From Anaeromicrobium sp. (GTDB taxonomy: Bacteria; Bacillota; Clostridia; Peptostreptococcales; Thermotaleaceae), in the NCBI RefSeq assembly GCF_025210435.1, contig NZ_JAOART010000042.1:1-40000 (forward strand): a stretch of DNA of 40,000 bases, given 5' to 3'. This document shows positions 35,111 to 40,000 of this stretch, piece by piece (positions within the stretch are counted from its first letter, which is position 1; each line of letters begins with the position of its first letter). A model generated the notes under the pieces. It made no database searches. It was not told the DNA's origin and saw nothing but the letters and a program-made list of their open reading frames with translations. The position numbers and the translations under genes are program-made.

Positions 35111-35920
35111 TTAATTTATAGTCTCACATTCTTCCCAATCTATATTTTCGTCTAATTTATGAAAGAGCTTATTCCATAGTTCATTTGCCTCGTCATACTT
35201 ACCTTTTTTATCTAACTCTAAGGCCTGATTATAAAGGTTTTCTAATTCTTTTAGTTCACCTTCCTTTAAATCCTTAGAGAAATCCTTTATAAAATCTTTG
35301 AAGTCTAAATCTTCTATGTTCACAACTACATCATCTTCCAATAATTCAAAAAGATCATTCCATAATTCATTTGCCTCGTCGTATTTATTACTTTTTTCTA
35401 AATCTAATATTTTATTGTAGATTTTTTCTATTTTAGCTAAGTCATTCTTATCATAAGCTCCATCTAGATCTTTAATGAAATCTTTAAAAGAAAGAGGTTC
35501 TCCATTAAAAAATTCATATTTATCAGTGATAGAAAAAATTTCATCCCATAATTTATTTGCTTGATCAAATTTTTCTTTTTTGTCTAACTTTATGGCATCC
35601 TCGTGTAACTTTTTTAATTTTTTTATTTCATCTTTACTTAAATTATCTTTTATAGGTTCTATGAAATCATTAAAATCTATATTATCTACTATTTTAATCA
35701 TTTGTGATACACATGTTGTTGCTTGATTCTTCATATTTATTGTATCATCTTTCGTAGGTTCTATGAAATCATTAAAGTCCATATTATCTACTGTTTCAAT
35801 GATTTGTGATTCACATGTTGTTACTGGACTCTTCATATTTGTTCCTGCAAATACGGGACCAATACATGATGCTAAAATGATTCCACTTAGTATTAATGTT
35901 AATATGCTTGATTTTTTCAT
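35111..35920 (-). CDS. secreted/lipoprotein-like protein built of internal repeats
   Basis: Signal peptide MKKSSILTLILSGIILASC (lipobox-like LASC). Two copies of TTC.SQ.I..VDN.DFNDFIEP.KD. Three copies of FKDFIKD...K..KYDEANELWN.LF. Confidence 0.7.
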   Translation of the reverse strand: MKKSSILTLILSGIILASCIGPVFAGTNMKSPVTTCESQIIETVDNMDFNDFIEPTKDDTINMKNQATTCVSQMIKIVDNIDFNDFIEPIKDNLSKDEIKKLKKLHEDAIKLDKKEKFDQANKLWDEIFSITDKYEFFNGEPLSFKDFIKDLDGAYDKNDLAKIEKIYNKILDLEKSNKYDEANELWNDLFELLEDDVVVNIEDLDFKDFIKDFSKDLKEGELKELENLYNQALELDKKGKYDEANELWNKLFHKLDENIDWEECETIN

Positions 35921-36074
35921 TTTAAAATCCTCCTTATAATTGTGTGCTGCGATTTGACTTAATTTAAGTTTAATGAATTGGTGTGTTCTCTTTGTGTCCT
36001 TCCTATGTTTTCTTAAAGTTTTATGGAAGAATTCATATGGTCTATTAAAAAAATATTATATATATTTGCATATA

Positions 36075-36083
36075 TGGTATAAT
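36075..36083 (+). promoter_or_regulatory. extended -10 element upstream of ybaB
   Basis: TGGTATAAT lies ~58 nt upstream of the ybaB start. No good -35 element. Confidence 0.3.
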
Positions 36084-36140
36084 ATTAAAAGTATAATAGT
36101 ATATAAATTGAAAATTTAATATAAATGGAGGAGAGTTTAA

Positions 36141-36488
36141 ATGGCTAAAGGTAGAGGTAAATTTTCAGGAGGAATGCCTGGAAATATGAATAATATGATG
36201 AAGCAAGTTCAAAAGATGCAAAAGGAAATGGAAAAAATGCAAAGTCAACTTGAAGAAAAGGAAGTAGAAGCTAGTGCAGGTGGAAGTGCAGTTACTGTAA
36301 AGGTAAATGGTAAGAAGGAACTACTAGATGTGGTTATAAAACCAGAAGTAGTAGACCCAGATGATATAGAAATGTTACAAGATTTAATTTTAGCTGCTAC
36401 AAATGAGGCTTTAAGAAAAGCTGATGAAATGATGAATAGTGAAATGGGTAAAGTAACAGGTGGACTTAATATACCAGGATTATTCTAA
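36141..36488 (+). CDS. ybaB: YbaB/EbfC family nucleoid-associated protein
   Basis: 115 aa. N-terminus [21 protein letters not shown] and C-terminus [16 protein letters not shown] are typical. Sits next to recR. Confidence 0.9.
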   Translation: MAKGRGKFSGGMPGNMNNMMKQVQKMQKEMEKMQSQLEEKEVEASAGGSAVTVKVNGKKELLDVVIKPEVVDPDDIEMLQDLILAATNEALRKADEMMNSEMGKVTGGLNIPGLF

Positions 36489-36492
36489 TAAA

Positions 36493-36514
36493 AGACCGAG
36501 CTTAAGCTCGGTTT
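36493..36514 (+). other. intercistronic hairpin between ybaB and recR
   Basis: AGACCGAGC-TTAA-GCTCGGTTT followed by AATTTTT. Possibly a partial terminator or an RNA stability element. Confidence 0.4.
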
Positions 36515-36534
36515 AATTTTTGGAGGTGAATAGG

Positions 36535-37134
36535 ATGGAATATTATGCAGGTCCTGTGGCTAGATTAATAGAAGAGTTTTCTAAATTACCTGGTATTGGG
36601 AAAAAGACAGCTCAAAGACTAGCCTTTCATGTTTTAAATATTAGTATGGAAGAGGCTAAGTCCTTATCAGAGGCTATAGTATATGCTAAAGAAAAGACAA
36701 GATACTGTTCTGTTTGTGCAAATATAACAGATGTGGATCCTTGTAATATATGTAGAAATGAAAGCAGACAAAAGAATCTTATTTGTGTAGTAGAGAGTCC
36801 AAGGGATGTAATAGCCATGGAAAAAACTCGAGAATTTAGAGGTCATTATCATGTATTACATGGAGCCATATCTCCCATGGAAGGTATAGGCCCTGAGAGT
36901 ATAAAGATAAAGGAACTGATAGTGAGATTACAACAAAATCCTGTAGAAGAAGTTATAATCGCTACTAATCCTACCATAGAGGGAGAAGCTACAGCTATGT
37001 ATATTTCTAAGCTAATAAAACCAGCTGGAATAAAGGTTACTAGAATAGCCCATGGAGTTCCTGTAGGTGGAGATTTAGAGTATGCAGATGAGGTGACTTT
37101 ATCTAAGGCATTAGAAGGTAGACGTGAAATATAA
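36535..37134 (+). CDS. recR: recombination protein RecR
   Basis: ATG at 36535 follows GGAGGTG. Has the HhH motif [15 protein letters not shown], the Zn finger [16 protein letters not shown] and a Toprim region. Confidence 0.95.
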   Translation: MEYYAGPVARLIEEFSKLPGIGKKTAQRLAFHVLNISMEEAKSLSEAIVYAKEKTRYCSVCANITDVDPCNICRNESRQKNLICVVESPRDVIAMEKTREFRGHYHVLHGAISPMEGIGPESIKIKELIVRLQQNPVEEVIIATNPTIEGEATAMYISKLIKPAGIKVTRIAHGVPVGGDLEYADEVTLSKALEGRREI

Positions 37135-37165
37135 GAATGGTTGTTAAAGGGCCATTCTTTTTTGT
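37133..37165 (+). terminator. rho-independent terminator after recR
   Basis: Stem AAGAATGG / CCATTCTT followed by a T-run. Confidence 0.6.
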
Positions 37166-37270
37166 TATTATAAAATCTTTTTAAAAATCCCTAAAAAAAG
37201 GTATACCTGCCTAAAAATGTGGAGAAGTTATATATAAGAAGGTTAGAAGATTTTTTTAGGGGGGTTATGT

Positions 37271-37576
37271 ATGCAAGAGGCAGTCAAAAATATTAAAAGA
37301 AGTGAACACTCAAAAAAGAATAGTTTTTTAGATGGAATAAGTAATATATATTCACAACTATTAACGGGCCAAGAGATAAAAAGTGAAGCGGATAAAATGG
37401 TAGATCATATAAGATTGGCCCATGAAGAATGGCAATATGCAGAGAACTTTTTTCAAAATGCCACGGATCCAGACTTGATAGATCATGCCATATTTAGAAT
37501 GGAAGCGGCTAGAACAAAATATATATATCTTATGAGGTTAGCAAGAGAAATGGGAATACATATTAAATTGCAATGA
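37271..37576 (+). CDS. yaaL: YaaL family protein (DUF2508)
   Basis: 101 aa. The sequence AHEEWQYAENFFQNATDPDLIDHAIFRMEAARTKYIYLMRLARE is typical of DUF2508. The position recR-yaaL-bofA matches B. subtilis. Confidence 0.75.
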   Translation: MQEAVKNIKRSEHSKKNSFLDGISNIYSQLLTGQEIKSEADKMVDHIRLAHEEWQYAENFFQNATDPDLIDHAIFRMEAARTKYIYLMRLAREMGIHIKLQ

Positions 37577-37616
37577 GGTTGGGTTAAAAGGTGACCCTAC
37601 TTCATTGTGTTTTTTG
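37571..37616 (+). terminator. rho-independent terminator after yaaL
   Basis: 14-bp stem CAATGAGGTTGGGT / ACCCTACTTCATTG (one mismatch, one G-U pair) followed by TGTGTTTTTT. Confidence 0.65.
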
Positions 37617-37817
37617 TATACGGGTGCAATTATAGAAATATACAATTTCAAAGGCGTCATTGTATACTTTATACTATATACAAAAATCGTGAGATCTCAT
37701 GTTTGATTCATAAAAAGAATAATAAATATTCCAATTAGGGTAATATTTTTTATACAACCCTTAATATAATAAATATAGAAATATTTTTTATAAATGAACC
37801 ATGGAGGGTGGTTATGG

Positions 37818-38084
37818 ATGGCAGTAGAATTACAAGTAATATTAGCCTATGCCTTTGGATTAATACTTTTATACATATTAGGATATGTTCTTTTAATACC
37901 CATTAAAATAACTTTAAAATTAATTTGGAATGGAGTATTAGGGGGCGTATTATTAATAGTAGTAAATTTTTTGGGGAAATTTATAGGACTTAAAATAGGT
38001 ATAAACATAATAACTGCATTAGTGGCAGGTCTATTGGGAATTCCTGGTGTGATTTTATTGATGTTGCTTCAGAAGATTCTGTAA
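37818..38084 (+). CDS. bofA: pro-sigma-K processing inhibitor BofA
   Basis: ATG at 37818 lies 6 nt after GGAGGGTGG. 88 aa with two TM segments and the C-terminus GLLGIPGVILLMLL. Synteny is conserved. Confidence 0.8.
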   Translation: MAVELQVILAYAFGLILLYILGYVLLIPIKITLKLIWNGVLGGVLLIVVNFLGKFIGLKIGINIITALVAGLLGIPGVILLMLLQKIL

Positions 38085-38143
38085 ACAGATAAGGGGAAAT
38101 GGGCTTAGTTTCATAAGAAATAAAAAAATACAAAAAATTACTT

Positions 38144-38178
38144 TAAATTCTGGTGAAAACTACTAGAATTTTTTTTTA
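38144..38178 (+). terminator. rho-independent terminator after bofA
   Basis: Stem AAATTCTGGT / ACTAGAATTT (one G-U pair) followed by T8. Confidence 0.6.
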
Positions 38179-38201
38179 TTATATAATAGAATTGATAGTA
38201 G

Positions 38202-40000
<1,799 letters not shown>

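Overview
Low-GC Firmicute chromosome segment, most likely from a spore-forming anaerobic Clostridia member (bofA, HndABCD-type [FeFe] hydrogenase, PFOR). All calls rest on motifs, synteny and hand translation; no database search was possible. Left half (1-23.3 kb) is accessory: (i) a 5'-truncated Tn554-family-like remnant (tnpB-like tyrosine recombinase fragment plus tnpC-like gene); (ii) an orphan minus-strand gene pair, a SEC-C/Cys-His protein and a DUF4365-like nuclease-fold fusion, which is my best candidate for an undescribed defence-type system; (iii) an AT-rich spacer with a 24-bp hairpin and a composite interspersed repeat; (iv) a 15-kb PBSX-like contractile tail cluster with no head or packaging genes. 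That cluster runs regulator, terminator-like protein, sheath, tube, frameshifted chaperone, tape measure, baseplate, then two tandem divergent baseplate-J/XkdU/fibre modules and a lysis cassette (M15 peptidase, UviB/BhlA-like peptide, LL-H-like holin), so it looks like an R-type tailocin. A convergent Lon-like protease with a degenerate Walker A follows. Right half (23.5-40 kb) is core: MATE efflux, small 2Fe-2S protein, hndABCD, tRNA-Ser(GGA), SRP RNA, dnaX, an inserted two-component system plus repeat lipoprotein, ybaB, recR, yaaL, bofA and the 5' half of nifJ/PFOR. A ~65-bp repeat family occurs at three intergenic loci.
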